Both the position numbers and the translations under genes were made by a program. A stretch of 64,000 bases of DNA from Phallusia mammillata. Taxonomy: Eukaryota. The notes below the pieces were generated by a model. The model was given only the letters and a program-made list of their open reading frames with translations, did no database searches and was not told the DNA's origin. The stretch covers positions 4,278,001 through 4,342,000 of the forward strand of contig OZ281495.1 in the NCBI GenBank assembly GCA_965637545.1, written 5' to 3'. This document shows, one piece after another, positions 1 through 12,007 of this stretch. The number at the start of each line of letters is the position of its first letter. Position 1 is the first letter of the stretch.

Positions 1-31
1 AAATTATATTTCCGAATATGGTATTTTGTAG

Positions 32-888
32 TTACAGAAGAAAAAACAAATCCACTTTACACATCCCATGATTTTTCACCACAGGAAGAATCCTATGCCC
101 AAGTCGACATGACAAAGAAAAATAAAAGTAATTACTTGCCTTGTGTAGTAGTAAATTGAAATACCAAAAACTATGCATATTCGATATATAATTCCTTTTT
201 ACAGTCAAAGAAGAAAAAGCCAATCCACTCTATCAAGCTTACCAAAAACCTCTTGTGGATTTGCATGGAGAGCATCAGGCTCATTGTTCGAAAACGGGTG
301 AGGGTGTATTGTAAAATATATACAGTCAATTTTGTCACATTGTCATACGATTTGTTTCTGCCTAAGAACCAGATAAGAAAGAAAAAATAAATCCCCTGTA
401 TGCAGCATCGAACCCAATGAAAGGAAGTATTGAAGAAGCATATGCAATGGTTGTTAAAAAGAAACAATCTGTTATTGGTGAGATTGTTAGGTTTATATTG
501 GGTTAGATTAAAAACTAAGTGCAAACAGATAGTTTTAACTAAAAAAATTTACTGATAATTTGATTCAATTGATGGATTTGTACTAATTTACATTTTTCCA
601 ATGACAACTTAATTTTTTGGAACAGAAAGCATTGACGAAAAGGAAGAAAAGAAAAATCCCTTGTATTCCGTCTCACAACAATCTTCGTCGTTAACAGGAG
701 AAACCTATGCAACAGTGGAAAAAACAAAATCCGGTATTGTATTTACAATAGTCGAAAGTCTTTGAAATGTTTAACTTTACCATTTTGGGATAGGAGCCAA
801 TGCATCCCCGAAAAAGCCACCAAGACCCCCAATAAAAAAGAAACCAATTATTCCACCAAAAAGTACATACAATTTTTATACCAATTAA
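32..888 (+). CDS. 3' end (cytoplasmic tail) of a probable transmembrane receptor; exons 32-127, 205-297, 373-477, 626-733, 794-888
   Basis: Four AG/GT-bounded phase-1 exons of 96, 93, 105 and 108 nt splice in frame: TEEKTNPLYTSHDFSPQEESYAQVDMTKKNK / KEEKANPLYQAYQKP... / DKKEKINPLYAASNPMKGSIEEAYAMVVKKK / ESIDEKEEKKNPLYSVSQQSSSLTGETYATVEKTKS, then a Pro-rich exon KKPPRPPIKKKPIIPPK to TAA 886-888. An alternative donor at 863 to acceptor 1021 is possible. The upstream part lies outside the window. Confidence 0.8.
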
Positions 889-1685
889 GCATTCATGAAC
901 ATGTTTTAAACTTTACTTGATATAAAACAGCTTTTTCCACCATCATATCCACATTTGACGAATGTAAGTACAAGTTCCAACCCAAAAACGTTTAGAATTT
1001 AAATTTGTACTTCTTTTGTAGAACACACGCGATGTGTAGGATAATATATGTGATGAAAAACATAGAATGATGTGATTTCAACTTAGAAACGCAATTTTAT
1101 GTTTGATTTTATTTGATCACTTTTAAATATCTTTGAATCGCCGGTAATTTAAGCAAGCAGCAATTTAACTTGTCGTCTGTAATTCTTTGTATATTGTCAA
1201 AAAAGCCTGTTTCAAACGCAATGTTGGAAATACATTGTAACTCTATTCTAGTGCCTGTACTGAAATGAGGGTCAATGAGGTTTAACCTTGTCGCACGAAA
1301 TGTACTTGACCGCCAATCCATAAAAGAGAATGCTAACAGAAAAGCGAAACAAGTGTAATTTTATTAAGTCACAAACACACAGTTCTTGCGCCATGATCGT
1401 ATTGCAGTCGATTAGCCCAATAAAGTGACATTTATAGCTGATTTAACTTCTGTTGTTGGGTTGTAAACTTTGCATTTGCATTGATTTGATTACAGGAATA
1501 AAAATAATCAACGTGTTTCCAACAATTTGTTCTTTGCTTATAAAATATTTTTTGAGTATTTTAAAGATTCCCCATGTATAATGTTGTGATGAAGATATTC
1601 TTCTCAATACAATTTCCCCGTTTTCAAAGAAATTATTTTTTAGTTGAAATATTCGCCATGCAGTTTAATTATTTTTCACTGTCAC

Positions 1686-2037
1686 CAGTGATGCACCGAA
1701 GTTTTGGTTGGCCGTAAAAGCCATTCTGATGATGTTTTGGATTCGGCCTTAATCTTTTAATTGTGTCAAATTATTGCCCTTTTTTGCATCGCCGTTTTGA
1801 AATATCACAAACTAACTTTCTGTTGTATCTCAAAAATAAAATATTTGGCAAAATATTAGATGTTTTGTTAAACTTACGTATTTTAAACGTTGTTTTTAAG
1901 TGTACTTGAGTGTTTTGGATGAATGAAGTTCTGTTGAAAACATCCATTACACAGAGGATTTAAGGTTAAGTCTAATTCGGCCAACATTTTTTTCGGCTTC
2001 GGGCTAAACCTTTAGGAGCGGGTTCGGTGCATCACTG
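1686..2037. mobile_element. hAT-like MITE remnant
   Basis: 15-bp terminal inverted repeats CAGTGATGCACCGAA / TTCGGTGCATCACTG, no coding capacity; no recognisable TSD. Confidence 0.6.
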
Positions 2038-2263
2038 ATTTATTCTGTTGTTTGATGATATCACGGTACTTTTTTCAGCTTCTTTTCATTGAATTAGTTT
2101 TCGTTTTGTGTACAAGTATGTAGCATTTTTTGTCTATCATACATGTTGTAACTAATCTTTGTACAAAACAATTCTATCGACCTTATTCTATCTATGAGTT
2201 GTAATTGTGTCAATGTTTGGGGAATTGTTGCCGAATTTGACCTTCACCTAGTCCTACACACAA

Positions 2264-2760
2264 TATATTAGACCAGTGTAGGTTACCTCATGTGAACGTG
2301 CTGTCATGTCCCAATGTCAATTTTATTGAGTCAATGCTATTTAGTGGTTATCTTTGTTCCGAAATAGATTTTACTAGCTATAAAAGGTCATAAAACCCTT
2401 TTCTGTTCGGTACCTCATCCAGCGTAAGTGTGGTTGGTATATGATCAAGGAGCAAGAACCAAATGTTTTCACTGCAAACTTCCTATTCGTTTCGTTTGTT
2501 CGTTTGTCTTGCGGTTTCAAACGAACAAACGAAACGAATAGGAAGTTTGCAGTGAAAACATTTGGTTCTTGCTCCTTGATCATATACCAACCACACTTAC
2601 GCTGGATGAGGTACCGAACAGAAAAGGGTTTTATGACCTTTTATAGCTAGTAAAATCTATTTCGGAACAAAGATAACCACTAAATAGCATTGACTCAATA
2701 AAATTGACATTGGGACATGACAGCACGTTCACATGAGGTAACCTACACTGGTCTAATATA
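2264..2760. repeat. Long apparently perfect inverted repeat (243-bp arms, 11-nt spacer); foldback/MITE-like
   Basis: Arm 2264-2506 is the reverse complement of 2518-2760, spacer TCTTGCGGTTT; both ends read TA. The mirror-image ORFs 2374-2583(-) and 2441-2650(+) are a by-product. Confidence 0.9.
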
Positions 2761-3029
2761 CTTGTTCATCTGTTTTGTTTTAGAACAGCTTGTGGAATAA
2801 TATTCAAAATGTAGGCAACAACAAATAATCATTTTGCTTTGAATAAAAAACTATTTTTTAAACCACACAAAACAGAAAAGATGACATCATTTTATTACCA
2901 CGAAAAAAATATTGTAAATTCTTTACCACAGTAATGCGTTGCATCAGGGAAGTACTAAATATCATGTGATCCTTTTACAGCTTCGACATAATTTCTAGCA
3001 AATTAGGGGGCCCTTTTTCTCTTCTGAAT

Positions 3030-4210
3030 TTGTACCAGACTTGCTAAAACCAAAACCGGTGTGCTCACGAACAGGTTGTACGCAAGTGGTGTGATCGACA
3101 ATGATGGTTTTCTATTATTTTTAGAATCGAGTGTGCAACTTTCGATAAATGCAAGATGCTGTAAATTTAGCTGCATGGCAGTTCGACAACTCTGAATATT
3201 AGGTGTTCACCAACCATAGTACATCAACACCATTTTCTGATCAACCACCCTTTCTGACGTGACACCATACGCCTCGCTAACAAAATGTTTGATGTGTTCG
3301 ATATTCTACCCCAAAATGTTTAGTGGGGTGTGTAGTTGCAACTCACAAATTTGATTTCCATATTTTAGTTTACAGTGTAGTATTTATTACCCCAACATGT
3401 AGAGTATTTAAAAATGTAAGTGTTCCTATGAATATATCGTAAGATTTTTATTCAGCTCACTAATATTTATGTTTCGAAAACAAAACAGAATTGGCATTAG
3501 ATGATATTGGATTGTTGAACTCTACGTGACAGACTATTTACTTACATCGATCGAAGTATAAGGTTCAAGTGCAACGACGCGGTAGACAAACAACCGTGAA
3601 ACGAAAGCCATTACTTTTATTACAAGACAAACAAGCTATCGCTGTTATCCACCGACAGTAAACGAAAATGCGTCACAAATGCCACTGGGAACCCTTCCCT
3701 GATATAAACGTTTTCTTTTTAGTTTTTATTTTGTCAACCAGTGTCTAATATTCTTACACGCACGTTCCCCCGTAATGTGGTGTCACTGATACAGTAAACG
3801 TGATTATCACCAGGCAAAAAAACTAACACAGTTGCCTTCGACCTGTCCATTTGGGACGAGAGAAGGTCCGGCAAAATATACCAGTCAAGGTCGTTGCTGT
3901 AGTTCGGCAGCTTAAGATATAACATTGCTCGATTCAAAAAACGTAACATCACTCTAAAATTTAACGTGGATGCACAGGTGTACTCTTTGTTACCTCTAGT
4001 GACAAATTTCTAATTGTTTGCTTAACAGCGACACTTTGTGGTCAACAAACGACGCCTTGTGGTGAGTTGCGACAGCCTGCAGACGACGGCTTGTTTTAGG
4101 TGTTGAATGTCGTTGGTGTGATTTTGTTATGGCATTTTGTGATTGAAAGCAACTAGTAACAAATCTCTGACGTTTACCAAGTCTGAAATGTATTTGTATC
4201 AAAGTCAAAC
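3030..4210 (-). pseudogene. Degenerate TNF-homology-domain-like gene, copy 1
   Basis: Phase-compatible exons (donor 3993; exon 3953-3758; acceptor 3277). Exon 3953-3758 encodes RAMLYLKLPNYSNDLDWYILPDLLSSQMDRSKATVLVFLPGDNHVYCI, aligning by eye with the TNF A/A'/B'/B/C strand pattern (AHV...LxW...LVVPxxGLYxVY). In-frame stops occur in both flanking exons. Confidence 0.4.
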
Positions 4211-5333
4211 TGTTTTAAACCATCTATAGGGATCGATTTTTCAACGACAAGTCGAGTTTTTGAAGACAAGGACTTGTTTTCAATGCTCAGAAGGATAAGT
4301 TATATTTCTGGTGGCAACTTCTTTGTGTTTTTTAGTTAATTCTTGACTAGGATTACTCAAAAGCATTTGCTCTTATTATATATTTAATAAGCAAGATAAC
4401 TTATGTTTTCAGTAATGGTGCTGGTCTTTGCTATTATTTTTACTGCATTTCAGGTGGAGGCAAGCAACAAAGTACAATAAATAAAATAGAGTTAGATATG
4501 TCAGCAAACTGCTACTAGGAATTATACAACACGGTCTACAAATTTAATCATAAACATTACTGCCAAGGTACTGGTGTATATAGAACACATCGTTCAGACG
4601 TTTCGACAATATCTGTCTACCAAATTATGTTAAACATCTCTTCAATGTTTTATGCTGTATTATGGTTTTGCAGTCGATCAAGCTAATTCAAGTTACGAAA
4701 TCGTTTCATTATTTATCACAGAAAACAATACCTCATATTGTTTTAAATAAGCAGACATTTACATCATTATTACTTTTCAAATCTAGTCATCGGTCAAGTT
4801 ATTCTGTTACATTCTTTAATGCAAACATTCACTGCTTCTCCAAGCAGTTTTCAAACGTGCGTTTAATGGATCGGTTGAGTATAATTTTAATGTAAACGTT
4901 TTTTTTTATCGGATGCCTGATTTTCAACACTAAACATAATATAAATTGCTAACCTAACTATCCATTCAGTCCTGGATATAAACTCTTTATATAGCTATCC
5001 ATCTGTCATTTTTAGCGCAAACAATAACAATCAGCCTGTTTCAAAATGATTCGTGACGTTTACTGGCCTCCGATATTAGTTGATCATTGCATTTTTACGA
5101 CCTTATTGCATTCTGTTGTTGTAATTATCCAATGCAGAAGTGGCGATGATTAAAGCATTAACAAAAATGTATACAATATACATAAAAAACTGATTAACAA
5201 AAAAGTTATCAAATACACACAATAAAACTATTTAACAAAAAACCTATACAATGTACACAATAACATTGTTAACAGTTGAAAGAGTAAAGAGTTTAGTATA
5301 CATTCCACTTGTTTAGTCCTCTTTTGGTGTGCA

Positions 5334-7411
5334 TCAGAAGTCTGCAAAATCACGAAAGAAAATTTCTGCTTCATTGTGTTTAGTTTAATTACACGACACA
5401 AATAAAAATGCCTTGTTTATTACGTGTTTGTTATTCTGAAACAAGTATTAACTATTGGTGTTCGTAACTGAAAAATAACCTGTCTTATTTTAAATCAATT
5501 TTGAATTTTGTACCCACCTTTCATTATTTTATTCTTTAAAGCATAACCAATTGCAAGTACAAACAAACCTCCAGTTATGAAGGCAGACAACAGGAGAGCA
5601 ATCCACCCACCCTCAGGGATAGCTGCAAAAACATAATTTAGATGTAATGATTTACATACAGTTGGTAGTGTTACATAATCTTACACGTCGCATGTAGACC
5701 TTCTAAATTTCTCTGATTACCTAAAATAAAGCAAAAGTCAAGTCAACTTTTTTCCCAGCCAGAACGGTGCCGGTAAACACTACTTTTACTTCCAATAACG
5801 AAAGAGTTCGCTTAGTTGTCAATAAATGTTACAATGTGTTAATTTCGGTTTTTCGAAACCACCTTGTTGGGCTTATTCCAATTACCTGGGTTGCATATGG
5901 TTTGAAACTTGCCAGTAATGTCACACACAGCTTGGCCTTGGCCTTGTGAACAAGTTAAGTTAACTACCGTACCATAATCAACAGTACTATTGGTATTCGG
6001 CGGGCAATGTGGAATATCCAAATCAGCGGTGTTGCAAGTAACTAAGAAATGTAAACTATGCTTTTTAAATTGTCGATATACTTTTCAAGCGATCTAACAT
6101 AAGCGGTTAGAGTGAAATATCAATATCAATCATAACTCATACCTTTTACACAGTTATTTGTGTAGTTAAATGATCCATCAAACTGACAAATTCCAAAACC
6201 GTTGCCGTCAAAACCTTTTAAACATGAAAATGTAACGTTGTCTCCTAGACTTGACTTAACTGTTGATGAAGTATTTAAGCCGTTCTGAGGTGGCCCAGAG
6301 CAACCTAATTAGAATCAAAATAAACATATTTAACTAGCTGTACATGAACCAACATGATGAATTCGGTTCCTGAATTTCGATTTTAACGTTTAGAACCTTT
6401 TCAAACGTCGCACCTTCAACCACCGAGAAAGAAGTTTGTCCAAAGTACGGATGACCAAGAAGATCGGGAATAATCACAACATCACTGTCGTTTTGATGCA
6501 CTGGGCCGATTTCCAGAAAAACCATTACCGGGTTTGTGTATGTTATTCTTAGAGCACAAAATAGATTTACAAAGCAAATACCATAAAAAAAATGCAATTG
6601 TATGTGTAAAAAAAAAACTACTTAAAAAATCCCTTTTTTGATGCAAACGGTAATTTTTTTTAAACATGAAACATGATTTCGCATGAAATGCCAAATTGGA
6701 AACAAGTTTTTTTTACCACTTATAATTGCTAATGACATACCAAAAAAGGAGAATAGTCTTTGATTTGCTTTGTTTCATTACCATGCCAAGACTTTCTGTG
6801 GCCTGTAATTACTAAAATGCAGAGACAAATGTTTGAAAACACACACACCTGGTTTTAGAAGGTTCTCAATATATTTGAGTTAAAAGAAACACACTTTAAT
6901 CTTTGATATCGGAAACTTAATGTATTTGCTGACAAAATTATTATTGTTAATTATTAACAAAATTGCACCCTAAAAAAGTATGTAACACCTTGGTGTCATT
7001 CTTGGTTCAACGGACGTACATGATGTTACTGTGTGCATAAATTGACACTGCGCAATTACCTAAAGAATAAGGGAATACAGAATAAACATTTTTGTTAACC
7101 TCAGAAATTGTTACAGATTACGTTTATGTTTTGAAACACCAATACAACATACAAAGCAAACGTTAATCACCCTGCCACCAACCATCCAATTAATCACAAA
7201 GTTTGTTCCAGATAACCCAAAGGAAATTAAAGCGGTCGAATTAACAATTTGTTTTCCGGTGGTAGATCCCAACTCAAGAGGAGGATAAACTAAAACAAAA
7301 CATCAAACAAACAAACTACGTTTTTTTCAGACACAAATCCAGCAGATGTTTTTACCCACCTATTTGTCCATGTGCACAAGCAATGAAAAACAGAAGATAA
7401 AGCAGAAACAT
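5334..7411 (-). CDS. Small type I membrane protein: signal peptide, uncharacterised ectodomain exons, CCP/Sushi-like exon, TM, very short tail
   Basis: Signal exon 7411-7360 (MFLLYLLFFIACAHGQI, phase 1); exon starting at 7289 (VYPPLELGS...INWMVG); Cys exon 6041-5886 (VTCNTADLDIPHCPP...YGTVVNLTCSQG..AVCDITGKFQTICNP); TM exon 5622-5518 (GGWIALLLSAFITGGLFVLAIGYALKNK); tail D-F-stop at 5341-5334. Exons between 7170 and 6300 are unresolved. Confidence 0.6.
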
Positions 7412-7771
7412 TTTCTTGTACAATTGCAAAGTCAAGGTCACTGCGCTAGATCCCTGCGTACCCTACGAATGTCACACCAACTATGTTTGCCCTTGCTTGA
7501 TGAAAATCAAACGACTTTCCCTAGCACCTAAAGGACGGATTGTAACTTTGGTTTTAGCTCTTAAAACGTTTTTATGACATTAAATCACCATTTGTGACGT
7601 TGTAAAGTGTGTTAACATTTGAGCCAACACCTTAAACTGGCATTAAAACAATGAATAACATTAAATTGCCAATGTAATGTTCTATATCGAACAAATATGT
7701 TTGTTTTTTCCAGCACAAACTAAACTGGGAATCCTTCGCCTACTCCAATGTTTTTCTTTTTGAAGTGTAAT

Positions 7772-8470
7772 TTGTTAACCAAAGTTCACTCCTCTCCCAA
7801 CACGTTCACTTCCGCAATTTATGATGTGTTCCAATCTGAGCAAACATGGCCAAACCAGGCGCAACTTAATTAAGTACTTTCGTTTTGTGCCTTTGAGACA
7901 GAAAAAGTGTGGTAAAATATACCAGTCAAAGTCGAAGTTCTTAAATTGAAGACAATAGTATGTTGCTATGGTAATATAACAACACTCAATTAAATTAAAA
8001 ATAACATCACATTGGTATTTAACGTCAGTATAAACGGAAATCCTTTGCAGCATTAAAGTGTAGAAAATTCCGTTTTGAATTTAGAAAAATAAAAAGTACA
8101 TTCGATTCTAGTTTATTTTTACCTATATAGTAGTACCTGAATAGCTGCTTTTGTTTGTGAATATCGGTTGTAAAAAATAATGTGTTGTTAAATTGTTTAA
8201 GGGCGCGAAATCCACAGATTAAGTGGAAACACACATGTGTACAATGGCGGATACTGATTGGTTTTCACTTCCAAAGGTATTTACACAACATTCAGTGTTC
8301 AGCTTACACTTTGTTACCTCCAGTGACAAATTTATAGTTTGCTGCTCAATAGCGACACTGTGTGGCTACTTAACGACACTTTGTGGCCAACAAGCGACAC
8401 CTTGTGGCACGCTGTGGCACCCTGCAGACGACGACTTCCTTTGGGCGTTAAAAGTTGTTTTTGTTATATT
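7772..8470 (-). pseudogene. Degenerate TNF-homology-domain-like gene, copy 2 (paralog of 3730-4210)
   Basis: DNA similarity to copy 1 (shared aaaatataccagtcaa and gtgacaaattt...gcgacact blocks). Reads DFDWYILP, then after a frameshift/stop APGLAMFAQI (cf. TNF GLYxVYAQV); the upstream exon has an in-frame TAA. Confidence 0.35.
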
Positions 8471-11400
8471 TTTTCTAAACGCTTGGTGATTTTAATAAAT
8501 AGTTTAGTATTCTCTTATGTTCACCAAACATATATTTATATTTACATAAAACTGTTTGGACGATCCGAGGGTCCATTCTGTAACGACAATTCAAGTTTTC
8601 GAATATAAGGGGCATTTTTTCTTTCACATACAGTTTCGTTTTCTATAATATGCTACTGCCTATTTATTATCATCCCAACTAATAAATCATATTTTAAAAT
8701 AGTTAGTAGAATGTAGCGTATTGTTATTTGTAAATTACTTAGAGGTTTTACACAGCTTCAGCAGCTCAATCTGGAAGACTAACACTTATGTTTTTTATTT
8801 CTACCAGATTTTATTCAAATTGTGCTGACATGCACCTAAAAAAAACTTCTACAACCATTTCGCCAAAGATTTGAATAATGTTTGTTGTAAGTATTTCAAG
8901 ATAAGGCAATACGACAGTTTCTTTCACTGTCGTGGCTAACATCTGAGGGGTCAAGAAAAGTACATAATCCAGTAAAAACTTGCACGCACAAACGATCCAA
9001 TTGCCACAAACGTTTCGAAGAACAAAGGTTTCTGATCTTTTTCTTGTTTCTAATTCTTTAAGAAATATCAGGTGGTTGCTTCAGCAATTTATTTTCTTGT
9101 GGCTGTTATCAACTGAAGAGTAAGATAAACACAAAAGCAAAGAATAAACCAACACTGCTATATGTTTCTGTGACATATTTGTTTCACTTTCCTTGCGTGA
9201 CTGAGTATCAGGAAGGTTTGCAGATCAATAAATTTACAAAGTGTATTGGTCAACAAAAATATGAAAGCGTTTTATCATTTTTTCCGTTTTTAAAAAAACA
9301 AAACAGTTGCATATTAACAAACCGCGATATTTGCGATGGATATAGTACCAAAGCAACGCTAAATGTGACCTATTTTAATTTATCGGTAAGCATATATGAG
9401 CAAAACGTTTGTGCATAGCTCGGTCAATAACGTTTACTCTTAGTGTATGTTTGAAAGCTCTGTAACATAACAGGAGATGAATAAACATGTTAAATGTTTC
9501 TGGCTTGCTAATTTTATTTTATTCAAGCCTACTTGTCTGAAACCCTAATTGTTGTTTGTTTGCGATTTTTGGAAATTTTGTTACGAACGAGTCTAAGCAC
9601 ACAAACTTTTTGGTAGCGATCGTTTGAAGTGAATAATTTTTTGCTGAAACAGACAGATTAACATGATTAAATTGTGTTTGATTTTCCTCGTTGTTTGTTG
9701 CGGATCGGCTACAAGCTTTGGTAAGTTGGTAAATATAACTTGGTTGTGTGATGTCAAGTAAAAACGACAAATATAACGATTACTTAAATACGAAAAGTTG
9801 TAACAATAAATCACCGGGTAACAGTTTGCTAAAGACCATACAACGGTTTTGATTATTTCAAGTCAAAACGATTTGTATTGGGTTTCAAGAACTTCCGATC
9901 AGGTTACACATAGCAAAGTTATTTCGACTTGGAAACATGGAGCGTTTAAATACAGCGAATTCAATTCATCATTGGAGCAAAAACGAAATTGCATTATTAC
10001 ATCACTGGTAGTAACAATCCCAATGAATGAATCCTACGCTAGGATCCGAGATCCTTGATACTGTATAAATACCTGTGTCTCGTTTATTTTCCTGCTTTAA
10101 CTTCAGTAATTAAAACAAAACAATGCAAATGCACTTTGTTTGCATTCTTGGTATGCTTTAAGCTGAGCGTAACTACAGTCTGTAGCATTCAGTTTACTGG
10201 GTCATCAAATACAAAGCATCATTCTAACCATCAAACAGGTTTCAGCGTATAATGCTTCAGAATTGTTTTGATTTACAGAGTAATGCTAGCCGCTATATTG
10301 CTAGAATAGTATGCTGTTGTCCCTTCGGTTGCGAAACACGACCTTTGGACAAACACTTGCAACTATTGTGATTACGTTTACATAATAAACAGAGGAAGAG
10401 CAACAATAAGCAAAACATACGGCCTTGACATACTTTTTTTGACAAAAAAATACATTATAATTCATCAAACTAAACGCTTTTCACTCTTAAAAACCCTAAA
10501 TCGATCTACGCATCCCCTCGCTGTTAAAAACACAATATAGTAAGACAATTAACTAATTTAAATCAAACCTTTAAGCAAAACCAACCTAATAACTTACATG
10601 TTGTATTTATCTGACTACAGTTAACCTTATCCATGTTTGATGCCAAAAACAACACGGCGCTTCACCGGTGAAGTCAGAAGTAGTTGGCACCTTGTTATCG
10701 CTGCACTGCGCGATTTACTTCTAGAAAACCTCATTTATTTGTTCCGCACCGTTTATAACTGATAATGATCTGAGAATTGCCCGAACCCTTCGGAAACAAA
10801 GCATGCCCGTTTTAACAAGCATACACATCAGTTTGACCTGATTGAACAAATACATTAGCCTATCTATATTATATTGGGAATAAATTTGCCAACCACCTAT
10901 CTGATGTGTTAGAGTTGCTCTTTGCATGTAATCGGCTATTTTGCAGCATACTCCTGTAATATGTTAAACCGATATATTGCCGTGCACATCATAAACTGCA
11001 ATGTAGGGATTAGAATGTAGAATCACAAAACTGCAATATTGTGTTTCGGGGGTATATTACTGGTGAAACTCGAGCATTCAATTGCCACTTGTATTAAATT
11101 TGATACTTTCAGTGCTTTTCTTATTATAAATTTCATAAATTTGCGAGATCAAATTTTCCTTACAGGTACTGAAGAGGCCAAACACATTTGTTGAAATATA
11201 TATGCTGTTAAAATTGTGTACAATGATTAATTCTGTTTGGCCTAGGGTTTTATACACTGGGTTTTACGGTAGATTTACAGATTACATCACGACAGTCATA
11301 GTACCATGTACTGATAGCAGTTTAATTTTATTAGCCAAACTTATACAACAACATGAGCAAAAAAGTTATAAAAAAGCCACGGAAGGGTTTAACGAAGGTC

Positions 11401-12007
11401 ATAAAACCTGATTTGATTAGCCACAAACACCGCATTCTGTGCATGTGGTTAGAATGAATTGTTTCGTTTTTATGTTTGTTTTGTGAGTCCATACTTCATG
11501 TTGAAAAATATATCTGGTGAAAGATTTCCTTAAATATTTACTAAAGTAACTGCTAGACGCAACACTATATAACGTTGTGTTATGGGCTACAAAGAATATT
11601 TACAACATACATGATGGACAAAACAATACTACTTAAATACAGAGCAACCAAACACATAAAGTTGCATGAATTAACACATACATGATAACTAAATCATTGA
11701 TTGTCATCCGAGCTCAGTCAGTTTCAAATGAAGTACAGTTTATGAAACATAATAGAAATAATAATCATCCACACAGACAACAACACAAAAAACGTTAAAA
11801 GATTGCCTGTAAACGAAAGGAATTGAAATCTTTTCACGCATCAGCAGAGTTTCCTATTAATTGCTGGATTTCTACAGAAACAACAGGTGATTAGTAGTGG
11901 AAATGTTGGTCAGATATAAATACGACCTACATTCGTCGGATGAAGTTCTGTAGTTCAGTACAGCTGCTCTGCAACAAAAAGAATTTAAACAAAATCTTTT
12001 TGGTGAA

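Noticed and set aside
32-727. Hydrophobic - strand ORFs (32-223, 171-524, 539-727)
   Set aside because: Antisense shadows of the K/E-rich + strand exons and their introns.
2374-2650. Mirror-image 69-aa ORFs on both strands
   Set aside because: Automatic consequence of the inverted repeat; no splice or domain support.
6334-6597. Cadherin-like look of PYFGQTSFSVVEG
   Set aside because: Lacks the DxD/DxNDN calcium motifs and exon boundaries are ambiguous; kept only as an unresolved ectodomain exon.
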